A DNA stretch of 23,550 nucleotides from an uncultured Nitrososphaeraceae archaeon (GCA_963837175.1 CAWIMJ010000045.1:1-23550); one strand, 5' to 3'. Counted from the stretch's first letter, positions 1 to 10,333 are shown. The notes: a model not told the origin generated them from the letters alone. Translations and numbers: made by a program.

Positions 1-468
1 ATCGTAGTTAGCAATTGTAAGAGCATTAACAACATGCCTGACACCTATACCTTTTCTCTTAACTAATTTGTATAACATTAGAAATGGGTCGATATCGCCT
101 TTAATCTCTTCATAAACCATAATTAGATTGTATAATTGTTTTAGCTTCCAATAATCTTTGTAGAATTTAGTTGCCTCTGATTCTCCCAGGTTTAATGCAA
201 CAACTACTTCTAATGGAGTCTTACCTTCTGAAAAGAGTTTGTAGGCTTGGGCAGATAGAGACAAGTGTTGTTCTTTTTCCTTCGCAGCATCATCATTACA
301 TTGTTCTTCTTTTAATCCTTCAGTCTTCTCTTCCATTACCTTATTCAAAATAACTCCTATATCACGTGGAGATATTCTTGCCTCCTTAGATATTTCACGA
401 TAGGTTTTGCCCTGATTGTAAAGCTCTAGTACAAGTCTTTCTTTTTCCTGTCTAGTTAATATCGTCAT
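1..468 (-). CDS. HTH + coiled-coil hypothetical protein (partial, 3' end beyond the window)
   Basis: Manual translation from ATG at 468 is open to base 1: MTILTRQEKERLVLELYNQGKTYREISKEARISPRDIGVIL...SAQAYKLFSEGKTPLEVVVALNL...ATKFYKDYWKL. It has an N-terminal HTH and is homologous to the broken gene at 8921-9901. It is absent from the ORF track because it has no stop in the window. Confidence 0.85.
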   Translation of the reverse strand, partial: MTILTRQEKERLVLELYNQGKTYREISKEARISPRDIGVILNKVMEEKTEGLKEEQCNDDAAKEKEQHLSLSAQAYKLFSEGKTPLEVVVALNLGESEATKFYKDYWKLKQLYNLIMVYEEIKGDIDPFLMLYKLVKRKGIGVRHVVNALTIANYD

Positions 469-512
469 TATCTTGTACCTTCAAGAAATATAGTATGATG
501 GAAGCTTAAAGC

Positions 513-608
513 TGTTATTGTTATCACTTGTTATCATTTGCTACCAGTTTTTGTTATCATTGCTACCTTCCCGTTACCTCTGTTATCATCTGCTTCCAAT
601 TGTTACCA
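513..608. repeat. Phased array of ~9 TGYTAYCA-like octamers next to the promoter of the HTH gene
   Basis: Units start at 519 tgttatca, 529 tgttatca, 539 tgctacca, 552 tgttatca, 561 tgctacct, 572 cgttacct, 581 tgttatca, 591 tgcttcca and 601 tgttacca, plus a partial unit at 513. A TATA-like CTTTAAG lies on the minus strand at ~504-511. Confidence 0.8.
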
Positions 609-771
609 ATGCACAGTATTTGGATTCACGTCAGTAGTAGCAAACTGTCATATATGCATTAACTATTATGATGAATTTCTTTTGTAATTAACTCTACACA
701 TAATTTACATCATCTTGTACTTACGAATTGCACTATGACTTTATAGATATAGAGGTAAAAGAAGTATGCAA

Positions 772-951
772 AATATCCCCGGTATAACGGGTATCACCGG
801 ATTGATAAATTTAAGCGTGAATTTATCCATTCCTAGCCGGTGATATATGACTTATTGGAATATAATATCCCCGGTGATATCACCGGTCGCTTTGGGCTAA
901 AATTGAGCGTGATTTATAACTCGCCGGGGATTCGGGGATACCGGCGATATT
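772..951. repeat. 180-bp iteron/palindrome element, copy A (putative replication origin)
   Basis: Three 9-mers of the TATCVCCGG type at 774-800, an inverted unit at 837-845, the perfect palindrome CCGGTGATATCACCGG at 871-886, and three inverted units at 924-949. A TTGAGCGTGATTT-like box occurs at 811 and 903. Confidence 0.85.
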
Positions 952-1141
952 ATACATATTTTCATAGTTCGGGCGCTAATGTATTGTTAATACTCTATTG
1001 ATATTAGCTACAATTGGTCTAACCTGCGTTTACCTAGCCGGGTTCAGTCGGGTTTGGTCCCTGCATGTAAAAGGGTTCACCTGCTGCCTATTTAAAGGCT
1101 GCTTGAAACCTAATAACGTTCCAGCATAAGAATTATTTTCG

Positions 1142-1539
1142 TTATTGGATGTAAGATGTTGGTGCATTGACATGGGATGTTGTAACATTTGAACCTGGGA
1201 CCTTTGCTTTACCAAGGCTTAATTCCTTAATCAAGTTGCCGTCTCCATATCCCGCCCAAGTCTCTCCATCTTTTACACTTAAATTTGAATAATCATAAGA
1301 AGTGCTATTAACGGCCATATTATAGTTCCTAATCATAGCAAGATTTCCTAGTTCTGGAAACAAGCCATTTTTTAAATTAAAGGTAATTCAACTTGACCTA
1401 ATGCTTTCAGCTTGTTCTTTATTATGCTCTTTATCTTATATTCATAAGATGTGGACAGTTGAGTTTTTCCTGAAAACCAGTCCATTTCAGTCTTTTTTAA
1501 TAGTGATGGTTTAATAGAGAGGTGAGTTTGCTGTGCCAT
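1142..1539 (-). pseudogene. Frameshifted ORF reading through a tRNA 3' fragment; possible N-terminal fragment of an att-split (SSV1-type) integrase
   Basis: ATG 1539 gives MAQQTHLSIKPSLLKKTEMDWFSGKTQLSTSYEYKIKSIIKNKLKALGQVELPLI with a stop at 1372-1374. A frameshift near 1375 joins it to ORF 1142..1363, whose LGKAKVPGSN is the translation of tRNA anticodon/T-arm sequence. The integrase assignment is inferred from this architecture. Confidence 0.45.
1187..1218 (-). tRNA. tRNA-Thr(GGT)-like fragment (anticodon loop to T-loop), truncated; att-like
   Basis: Minus strand reads GCC TT GGT AA AGCAA AGGTC CCAGG TTCAAAT: anticodon loop, 3' anticodon stem, variable loop, 5' T-stem and T-loop. The 3' T-stem and acceptor strand are missing. 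Confidence 0.65.
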
Positions 1540-1751
1540 TTACATATCCATTTTCTTAGAAGCTCACGTTTATCTTTTCGGTATATGTTTGTTAATTTGA
1601 GGAATAATAGATATTGCAATAATAAGAGCAGTAAATTCCAACTTTTAGCGCTAAGCTTTTTGAGCCTTCTCTAACGCACGTTGACTTGATACCTTGACCA
1701 CAGGAGGAGCATTTAGCCATAGATACGTTTTGGCCTTATGGCTTTCTATTA

Positions 1752-1785
1752 AAGTCAACGCTATGCCAGCCTGAGCTACCAAGGC
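1752..1785 (-). tRNA. tRNA-Thr-like 5' half (acceptor strand, D-arm, 5' anticodon stem), degenerate
   Basis: Minus strand reads GCCTTGG TA GCTC AGGCTGGCA TAGC G TTGAC TT, with a TATA-like TTATATATA ~20-27 nt upstream (1803-1812). No T-arm follows. Confidence 0.6.
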
Positions 1786-1871
1786 GCTGCCATGTAACAT
1801 AAATATATATAATAAAGAACAATATTTCTTTGTCTTATAACTTTAAATCATAGAAGACATTATCTTTTTCG

Positions 1872-3332
1872 TTGAGGTATACAAAAGGTCACATCATTAT
1901 ATCTTTTCTATTACTTTTAGTTTTAATTTTAATATTAAGCTTCCTACCAATAATAAATCTAGCACAAGCTTCTAGTTCTTCTGATTCTTCTTCTAGCACT
2001 AGTTCTAGTTCTACAGATGATATCCCTACCACAATTCATAATACAAAGTCTAAACCTCTACCGGGAGGACCTACACTTAATGATGCTAATCTAAACTTAG
2101 AACAGATCTTTACTGGACTTGATCATCCTACCAGTATGGCATTTGTAGGTCCAAATGACATTTTAGTGACAGAAAAAAATACAGGTGTGGTAAAGAGAAT
2201 CATAAATGGTCAATTAAATCCGGAAGCACTTCTTGATGTAAGTGTTGCTAATCTAGCTGAGAGAGGAATGTTAGGAATTGCTGTATCACAACATGAAAAT
2301 GGCACTACTTATGTTTTCTTATATTATACGGAATCTAGCAGCGCAACAGATGGTGATGATGTTGATTCAGAAGAAAATGTATTAGGCAATCGTCTTTACA
2401 GATATGAATTAGTAGACAATCAGTTAGTAAATCCAAAATTACTTTTGGATCTTCCAGCGCATCCACCACCAGGTAGAGAAAATGCTGAAAGAGCGCATAA
2501 TGCTGGTAAGGTAATGATCGGCCCTACTGATAATTATGTATACGTTGGTATTGGTGATGTTATAGGTTATAGAGGACAAGCTCAGAATGTTCTTGATGGA
2601 GCACCACTTGATGGAACTAGCGGCATACTTAGAGTGACACAGGATGGTCAGGTACAACTAAATCCTCCACTAGGATCCACACAGCCAATGAGTCCTTACT
2701 ACTATGCCTATGGTATACGTAATACTTTTGGAATGGACTTTGATCCTATGACTGGAAAATTATGGGATACAGAGAACGGCCATGAATTTGCAGATGAAAT
2801 TAACCTAGTTGAACCGGGATTTAATAGTGGATATTCAAAGATTGAAGGTTTTGTTAAAGATGCAATTAAAGAAGTTTCAGAGGATGATTCAGAGGAAGAT
2901 TCTTCATCAGAGACAACAACAACAGCAACAACAGCAACAACAATAAATCCTGCTACTGATTTAGTTAATTTTGGTGCAAATAGCCAATATAGCGATCCAG
3001 AGTTTGTTTGGACTGCAACACTTGGTGTAACTGCACTTAAATTTCTCAACTCCGATAAATTAGGAAAACAATACCAAAATACTATGTTCATAGGTGATAC
3101 TAATCTTGGCTGGCTCTATAATTTTAAATTAAATCCTGAAAGAACAGGATTGTTGTTTGCTGCTGGTAGTCCGCTTACAGATAAAATTGCAGATACTCCA
3201 GATGAAATGCAGGAAACAATATTTGGAAAAGGATTTGGTGTAATTACTGATATACAAGTTAGCCCGTATGATGGTAGTTTATATGTTCTTACTTATGGTG
3301 GATCAATCTATAAAATATATTCTTCTCTATAG
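1872..3332 (+). CDS. Secreted PQQ-dependent glucose/sorbosone dehydrogenase family protein
   Basis: Hydrophobic N-terminal signal, GLDHPTSMAF, ERGMLGIA, HNAGKVMIGP, YAYGIRNTFGMDFDP, LWDTENG and DEINLVEPGFNSG motifs. Ser- and Thr-rich linkers. Confidence 0.92.
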   Translation: MRYTKGHIIISFLLLLVLILILSFLPIINLAQASSSSDSSSSTSSSSTDDIPTTIHNTKSKPLPGGPTLNDANLNLEQIFTGLDHPTSMAFVGPNDILVTEKNTGVVKRIINGQLNPEALLDVSVANLAERGMLGIAVSQHENGTTYVFLYYTESSSATDGDDVDSEENVLGNRLYRYELVDNQLVNPKLLLDLPAHPPPGRENAERAHNAGKVMIGPTDNYVYVGIGDVIGYRGQAQNVLDGAPLDGTSGILRVTQDGQVQLNPPLGSTQPMSPYYYAYGIRNTFGMDFDPMTGKLWDTENGHEFADEINLVEPGFNSGYSKIEGFVKDAIKEVSEDDSEEDSSSETTTTATTATTINPATDLVNFGANSQYSDPEFVWTATLGVTALKFLNSDKLGKQYQNTMFIGDTNLGWLYNFKLNPERTGLLFAAGSPLTDKIADTPDEMQETIFGKGFGVITDIQVSPYDGSLYVLTYGGSIYKIYSSL

Positions 3333-3579
3333 AATAGGTATAACAGAGCCAGTGTAGTTTTTGTCTAATAATAATTCATGACAACAGATACTTCATTTTC
3401 ATTGGTGTCTGATTTGCAGATATATATAATAAAGTATTGACATATAATTTTTTAGATTGATTTGACCTTGAAACATCTACTTTCTTCTTATAGTAACGCT
3501 TTGTAAAGTACTATAGTTTGATCACCTTTGAGAATGCAATATAAAAAATCAAAATGACAGCATAAAATAATAACACGAA

Positions 3580-3820
3580 GATGCAAAATAATAATATACC
3601 AAGAATAACTCCTCTACTCTACTAGCAGTCTCAATCCTAGGCAGCAGTGATGGAAGTTGCAAACTGTCAATAGCTTTAGTACTAGCGTCCACAATTATAC
3701 AGCAAGCAAATGCACAGAGTACAATTTCAAGTTCGAACAAAAACAGAAGAACAAATGCAGGTACGCTACTGGAAGTACTGTCTGTCTATCTTTCCATTTA
3801 ATAGCTATAAAGCCTTAGAT
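3580..3820 (+). pseudogene. Possible broken small secreted peptide gene
   Basis: One frame gives a signal-like IALVLASTIIQQANAQ and another gives YNFKFEQKQKNKCRYATGSTVC. No single intact ORF covers both. Confidence 0.3.
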
Positions 3821-3868
3821 AGATCATTGTCATCGTCAGAGAGAAATAAAGAAGAACAAGAAGAAGAG

Positions 3869-4015
3869 ATGAGAAATAACAAGATCTCATACCTTTGCAG
3901 CAAGTGTGGAAAGACTTTCGCAACGAATCAAAATGCATTGAATCACACAAACGATTATCACAAAAGCAAGAACTCCAAAGAATTCACAGACCACCTGATG
4001 CAAGAAGAATGGTGA
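3869..4015 (+). CDS. Small C2H2 zinc-finger protein (48 aa; likely start at ATG 3869 rather than 3710)
   Basis: YLCSKCGKTFATNQNALNHTNDYH matches C-x2-C-x12-H-x4-H. Confidence 0.6.
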   Translation: MRNNKISYLCSKCGKTFATNQNALNHTNDYHKSKNSKEFTDHLMQEEW

Positions 4016-4303
4016 GAAGAACAAGAAGAAAACAGAAGTAGAATAAGAAAGAAGGGATCCTAAAGAACTTCTCTTCTATCTTAATATCGTATAACGAAAA
4101 AAGATGTAGTGCACCAATTCATTGTCAGGTTGCCATGTATGATATCTATCAGGGTTACCGTTATTTCTCCAAAATTCTAGTAATTCTAATCTACATGATG
4201 TATTCGTCAAAGGTAGGAGGAATAGCCAAGTACTAAATAATAATAATAATAATATTGTTACAAATCTGGAGAAAACAACTACTACTATTATTTCATTTGT
4301 TAT

Positions 4304-5908
4304 TTAGTAATTGCTTCTAATTTCAATTTCTTTTGCTGCAGGAGATTGTCGCATACTTGAATAGGGATAATTTTTGAAATTATACTTAGTTTTGTCATCT
4401 GGAACAAGTCTGTCTATTGTTTGTGAATCATTATAGAGTGATTTCATTAGGATAGTGGAACGTTTGTCATTAGTTCCTGATATAATCTTCATAAACCCTT
4501 GGTCGGCAACAAGAATATATCTTTCACTTTTGAGCGGCCTTCCGCTGAACATTCCTTTTTCATAAAAGGGCTTTGTCAAAGCCGTGTCTGGGCATCGGAA
4601 AATAAATTGGAGATGCTACCAATGTTACCGGATTGGTATTGTTAGTATCATCATCTTTATTCGGTAACTTTTGAACAAGTACAGCCAATGCTTTATATGC
4701 AGCTGAATTTACATTTGTCATAATTAGCATAGTAGTAGATACCAACCCAAAAGTTATAATTCCAGAAATTATAGCAAATGGCAATATTTGCTGAAGCTTA
4801 TAATAATATTTCTTCTTGATAATTATTCTTATTTTATCTGGTAGCTCTACAAGAAACCTAGATGCTGCAATACAAAATGCAGGAATTAGCGGCATCAGGT
4901 GAAATGACGAAACATAGCCTATAAAATAGAGAAATATGAGAAATGGAATAACCCACAACAAAAGAAAGAAATCTCTCTTTACTGCTCCATAAATCAAGCC
5001 AGCTATGCTAAGTACAAACAAGATAGGATCTATCTGAAGAAAGGTGTGTAGTGTTCTACTTAATGGACTACTTGGTCTCTCCGTCGTTTGCCATAAGATA
5101 CCATGTTTCCATTGATCAAATTCTCCAATCACCATGGCATGAGCAGGCCAAATTAGTGGTATTAAAATAACAGGAATAAACCATAGTCCAAGATTTCTTA
5201 GTTTATGACCATTAGTATTACTATTATTATAAATTAGAAATCCTACTAACGGAATCATTGTAAAGACTGGAACTTTTGTAAAGATTGACAATCCTAAAAA
5301 TGCGCCAGAAAGTAAAATCATAGAAATTGCTTTATATCTAAGAGAGTTATTGTTGCTGCTACTACCATTGTTGTCCTTTTCTTTTGTTATCTTTAAATCT
5401 TTTAAGTAAACTGCCAATAGTATTGACGTTAGAAGGAAAGGCACTTGAATTGTCTCTAAGAATATCCTTCTAAAAAACCAACCATAAGGCATTACTGCAA
5501 AGAGAATAGCTGCAATTAAAGCAAGATTTCTGTTATGGTATCTATGCTCAGTTATCTTATAAATAAGAAAAGTATCAGCTACTGCAAGTATTCCCATCAA
5601 GACTCTTGGAGCAAGGTAAAGCATTTGTACCTGAATGTAGTACATTATCACTACCATCACCACTACCAGTATTATCAGAAGGATTCAATAATGAATCAGG
5701 ATAACCAACAATTCCTAATACACCTGCCAAGAAAATTTGTCCAAAATATGGAGCTCGCATAGCGGGCTAGCGGGTCTATCCCTGTACCATCCAAAATAGA
5801 CATTGCCTTTCGCATATAATGACCTTCATCAATATGCAAAGAAGGATATCCTAAAGGATTCCAAAGATGAGTAAATGCTGATAAAGCTAGTGGTATAGCC
5901 AGTAGCAA
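4304..5908 (-). pseudogene. Membrane glycosyltransferase, GT39/PMT/ArnT-like (GT-C fold), split by three frameshifts
   Basis: ORFs 5696..5908 (LHIDEGHY), 5575..5760 (PYFGQIFLA), 4560..5663 (multi-TM; RRIFLE, LSIFTKVP) and 4304..4579 join into one protein with shifts near 5762, 5645 and 4570. The true start is uncertain. Confidence 0.8.
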
Positions 5909-6521
5909 GATGCTTTTTTGCCGGATGTTAACCCTAACATATTGACTTAGGTGCAGAGATTATACTTACTACTCTATGGTTATTTTTATATGTTTTTACA
6001 TTTTTTGGCAATTAAAGCAAATCATATCTTCATATGATTTAAAATTAAAAGTAGCAAAACTTGTTTCCATATTTGCTTCTTCTGATCTTCTTAAAGAATT
6101 GATAACAAATAAAAAGATAATTCTTTCTTTTCCTTGGATAGCTAACAGAAGCAAAAGCATGAATTCAGGTAGATTCATCATCATAATAAACAATCAAGCA
6201 CTTAGTCTAAGTATCAAATTATTCATCTACAAATATTGTCCTACTTATTAGGAGACGGAAGATGTTGTGTAGACTTAAATTAAGATACTTAACTTATTAT
6301 ATTAGCAAGAACTAGAACTTGGATTGTAGAATTATTTTAATCTAATCTCTATTATGAGTAGATTTGCACATTCAAAGGTAAGAGAGTATAAAATTGTTCG
6401 TTGGGAAGTAATAAGAATCAAATAGAGATTATATATTTACTTTTAGTTTTTCTGTTGACATAATCTGTATAACTATATTATAAAGATGGCACTAGTAATA
6501 ATAGTAGAGCAATAGTAAGAA

Positions 6522-8013
6522 ATGCCTTCCTTTCCTTTTGCATTGATATCAGTCTTTAGAGTAACTACACTATACCTCATCATTATTCTAACTTCACTAT
6601 TAACATCGCCAATAGGATATAATGATATTATTATTACTTATGCTCAGGAAGAGATTGAAGGTGTTAATGCTTCTATTAGAGGAGAAGAAGAAGAGGAAGA
6701 ACTACCATATATCAAAGATCCTAATTTAGGAGTAGAATTAGTTTCCAAAGGACTTGAATTCCCTACTTCTATGGCATTTTTAGGTCCAGACGATATATTG
6801 GTTTTAGAGAAAGAAAAAGGTACAGGTACAGAGGATTGTTAATGGTAATATGTTACTAACTCCTGTTCTTACCGTTAATGTTGCAACTGAAGTTGAAAGA
6901 TGTATGTGCGGAATTGCTGTGTCAAAAAATGATAGCAATGGGAATGTATATGTTTTCTTGTATTTTACTGAAGCAGGTGGAAGTAGTGTCAGTGATTTTA
7001 GTAGTGAGCCTGTAGGTAATCGTCTTTATAGATATCAATGGGTAAATGATCAATTAGTAAATCCTAAACTCTTACTAGACTTACCAGCAACACCTGGACC
7101 ACGTCATAATGGAGGTGTAGTTATGATAGGTCCGGATAATAACGTATACGTAATAATTGGAGATGTTGATGGTCATCAAACTCAAGCTCAAAATATAGAA
7201 TCTGGAGAAGAGCCTGACGGAACTGGCGGTATACTTAGAATTACTCAGGATGGTAAACCGGTAGTAAGTAGTGTTAGTGGTGGTGATGGTGGTATTCTTG
7301 GTAATACTTATCCACTTAACCTATACTATGCATATGGAATACGAAACAGCTTTGGATTTGATTTTGATCCTGTAACTGGGAATTTATGGGATACTGAGAA
7401 TGGTCCAGGCTATGGAGATGAGATTAATTTGATAGAACCTGGATTTAACAGTGGATGGTTAGAAATTACAGGTTTTCCATCATCTTCTTCTTCTACTTCT
7501 ATTGAAGACGACGATGATGATGGATTTAATCCTGATGAAGATTTAGTTAGCTTTGATGGAAAAGGAAAGTACAGTGATCCCGAATTTGAATGGACTTTTA
7601 CTTTAGGACCTACTGCACTAAAGTTTCTTAATTCAGATAAATTGGGAATAGAGTATGTAAATGACATGTTTGTGACAGACGTAGTTACTGGAAGAATTTA
7701 TCATTTTGATTTGAATGAGGACAGAACAGAGCTAATTCTTTCCGGCTTGTTAGCAGATAAAGTCGCTGAAACAAGAGATACTGGTATAGAAAATATATTA
7801 TTTGCAGAAGGGTTTGGTGGAGTTACAGATCTAGAATTAGGTCCTGATGATGGTTATCTTTATGTTGTTTCGCTTGGTCATGGAGCAATATACAAGATTC
7901 TTCCAGCTGCCAATGTAATTCCAACAACTAATGCAGGAGGAGAAGAAAATAAGGATATCAAAGGAGTAGAAGAGGAAGAAGAGGAAGAAGAGGAAGATAG
8001 TGACGAAGATTAG
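6522..8013 (+). pseudogene. Second PQQ-dependent glucose/sorbosone dehydrogenase family gene, one frameshift near 6826
   Basis: 6522..6842 (signal peptide, GLEFPTSMAFLGPDDILVLEK) and 6850..8013 are paralogous to 1872..3332. Removing one G from ggtacaggtacag restores EKGTVQRIVNGNML. Acidic C-terminal tail. Confidence 0.88.
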
Positions 8014-8324
8014 AATAAAAAGGGTAGGGAGATGGGTGTTTTGAAAAGTTATCTAAACGATGAATCCTTCGTTTTTCCCTCCTAGAGATGGAGAAAAGGA
8101 CTAGCTAGCTGTTATTCTACCACTCAGCAATTTGTCTTACTACATGATAAGTTTCTGGCTCTTCCTATTCCGTAGATATCACTTTGATTAGGTTGGCTGA
8201 TAATGGGTGACGGCGATTATACAATACAAATCATTGTTATATTTCAGAGGCTTTGTATGGTAATCATTACCATTTGCTACCAGACTTTATATAGTCCTTA
8301 ATACCCATTAATAATGTATTTAAA

Positions 8325-8795
8325 ATGGAATATGATAGATCAAAAAATGAAAGCAGCACTGTAGGATCAAATAGTGCAACTCATGCATTTGACACAGTAA
8401 GAGAAAATTTTGTTAGAGCAGTAGATCAGATGGCAAGTGTTCAACCACAATATACACAAGCAATCTCTAATCTTCAGCTAGATTATATCCAGGCGGCAAA
8501 GAATGTAATAGAGACTACAATTTCAGCTCAAAAGCAATTGGTAGGAAGTTGGAACATCCCAGTGTCAGGGCCATACACAGAGCAATTTACAAGACAATCA
8601 AATGAAATTACTAACAACACATTAAGAGCACTTGACATTAACAACAAGCTAGCAATCAATGCAGTAGACGCAGCAAGAGAGAATCTGAAAGTCTGTAGTA
8701 GAGCAGTAGATGCAGCAACAGAATTTAGCAATAATATCGCAAAGGCCTGTACAGCCTTCTCTACGGATCAACAGCAACGATTTTCCAAGCAGTAA
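8325..8795 (+). CDS. Alpha-helical hypothetical protein, possibly phasin-like
   Basis: 156-aa A/N/Q/T-rich amphipathic-helix pattern with a TATA-like TTTATATA at ~8286-8293. The phasin resemblance is inference only. Confidence 0.65.
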   Translation: MEYDRSKNESSTVGSNSATHAFDTVRENFVRAVDQMASVQPQYTQAISNLQLDYIQAAKNVIETTISAQKQLVGSWNIPVSGPYTEQFTRQSNEITNNTLRALDINNKLAINAVDAARENLKVCSRAVDAATEFSNNIAKACTAFSTDQQQRFSKQ

Positions 8796-8920
8796 AAACT
8801 AACTTCTTTCTAATTTTTTAGAGTATATTTTCAATATTTAATTCATTTCAATAGTTTAATCTTTAGTTTTTATTCTTACTCTTCAATAAGCCATTTTTTT
8901 GTTAGTCAAATAAAACTTCA

Positions 8921-9901
8921 TCAGCAGCCATTATTACATTTGTTAGACTGCACGAAACATATTTGACTGGTTACATCATTCTGTACTGTATCATAAAGTC
9001 TGTTAGCTTCGTCTAGTATCATGTCTCTATAATCTTCAATATGCTGCAATGATGATTGTTGGATTGGTACTGATGATAATGATGCATTATCTACTATAAG
9101 ATCATTATATTTGCCAGAGTTCCGTCTTATTGCTTCAATAACTGATGCAAGAGCAAAATGTAAGAGTACTTTACCATCTGTAAGAAACTTACTAACTTCT
9201 TCTTCAACAGTCTTCTTAATTTTAACATATTCTCTGTCATCACCCTTAAAGCGGGTTATAAGAGCTTCTAATCTTGACATTTCATTATTGATATTTTCTG
9301 CCTCTTGTCTTTTGCGTTCACACAACATATTATAGGAATTCAGTAAAGCCTTAGTGCTTGCTATTTCATAATTCAAGGTGTGCAAATAGTTCTCCGTTTC
9401 TTCCCTTGTGCTTTGCATCTTGTCTACTTCATCTTTGGCCTGTTCATAGAGACTTTCCATATAGGGAAGTTTGTAAATAGCAATCTCTACAGCATTAACT
9501 ACTTGCTCAATGCTCATGCCTCTTTCCTTTACTAGTTGTTTGTATAACTTCAAAAATGTCCCTAGTTTACCATTTGTCTCTTTGAATATCGAATTGAGTA
9601 TATGCAGTCGATTTAGTCTCCAATATTCTCTGTACATCTTGGTTACTTCTGGCTCTCTCTGGTTAGTGTGACGGCGACTTCTACTGGTCGCTTACCCTTA
9701 GAATAATTCGTAAGCTCTACTAGACGTCTCTTCTTGCTGTTGCTGATGTTTATTTTGAAGCCGTCTGGATTCTTCTTCCTTTATGATAACGTGTATGTCC
9801 CGTGGTGAGATGTGTTCTATTTCTGCTATTTCAGCGTAGGTCTTATGCTGGTTGAAATATAGATCTATTACCTGCTTTCTTCTATCTTCCGTAATCTGCA
9901 T
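8921..9901 (-). pseudogene. HTH + coiled-coil protein, paralog of 1..468, with two frameshifts
   Basis: 9698..9901 (KTYAEIAEIEHISPRDIHVI...SSRAYELF), a bridging frame SKGKRPVEVAVTL, and 8921..9637 (MYREYWRL...FLKLYK...VVNAVEIA) align collinearly with the 1..468 protein. Shifts occur near 9700 and 9658. Confidence 0.8.
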
Positions 9902-10165
9902 TTATATCAAATAGTATAGATAATCGATCCTTAAAAAAGGAACGTTTTATGATACCATTTACTTTAATCTATATTTCTTTATTACCATCTACTTTCTTCT
10001 TTACAGTATTCTTCTTAAAACAATACAGTGTGAGCAGCTTTAAGATTTACATTATAAAATATCAAATCAATAGCATCTGCATATGCTGATTCAAAGGATC
10101 AACAGCAATAACCAATCAATGTTCATAATTAGATTTTCTGCAGTGAATTAGAGAGAGGTACGTAT

Positions 10166-10333
10166 AATATCACCGGAATCACCGGTATCGCCGGACTAAT
10201 AAATTTGAGCGTGATTTATCCAGTTTTAGCCGGCGATATATAACTTATTAGAATATAATACCCCGGTGATATCGCCGGTAGAATTGAATCTTAATTGAAC
10301 TCAATTTTGAGCATTCCGGGAATTCGGGGATAC
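10166..10333. repeat. Iteron/palindrome element, copy B (last unit missing)
   Basis: tatcaccgg-aatcaccgg-tatcgccgg at 10168-10194, inverted unit at 10230-10238, CCGGTGATATCGCCGG at 10263-10278 and two inverted units at 10316-10332. Box TTGAGCGTGATTT at 10205 with a degenerate copy at 10295. Confidence 0.85.

Noticed and set aside
171-353. 60-aa plus-strand ORF
   Set aside because: It is an antisense shadow of the minus-strand gene 1..468.
772-951. CRISPR array or MITE interpretation of the CCGG-rich repeats
   Set aside because: The units are 9 bp in mixed orientation with no repeat-spacer periodicity and no cas genes. No target-site duplication was seen, and one copy is in frame in a gene. 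A MITE origin is not fully excluded.
1030-1090. GC-rich stretch with CCCGGCTAGG on the minus strand as a possible third tRNA piece or ncRNA
   Set aside because: The match to the expected 3' T-stem/acceptor strand is short and imperfect, and no convincing fold was found.
1679-1760. Intron-containing intact tRNA
   Set aside because: No bulge-helix-bulge motif could be drawn at the 37/38 position and no T-arm follows.
2439-3091. Minus-strand ORFs within the first dehydrogenase (likewise 7410..7667, 8528..8731, 9111..9335, 11316..11894, 16235..17916, 18603..18827)
   Set aside because: They are antisense shadows of well-supported genes and have no motifs of their own.
5976-6251. Overlapping 91-aa (+) and 65-aa (-) ORFs
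   Set aside because: Very AT-rich with no recognisable domain beyond a lone CxxC. Neither can be supported.
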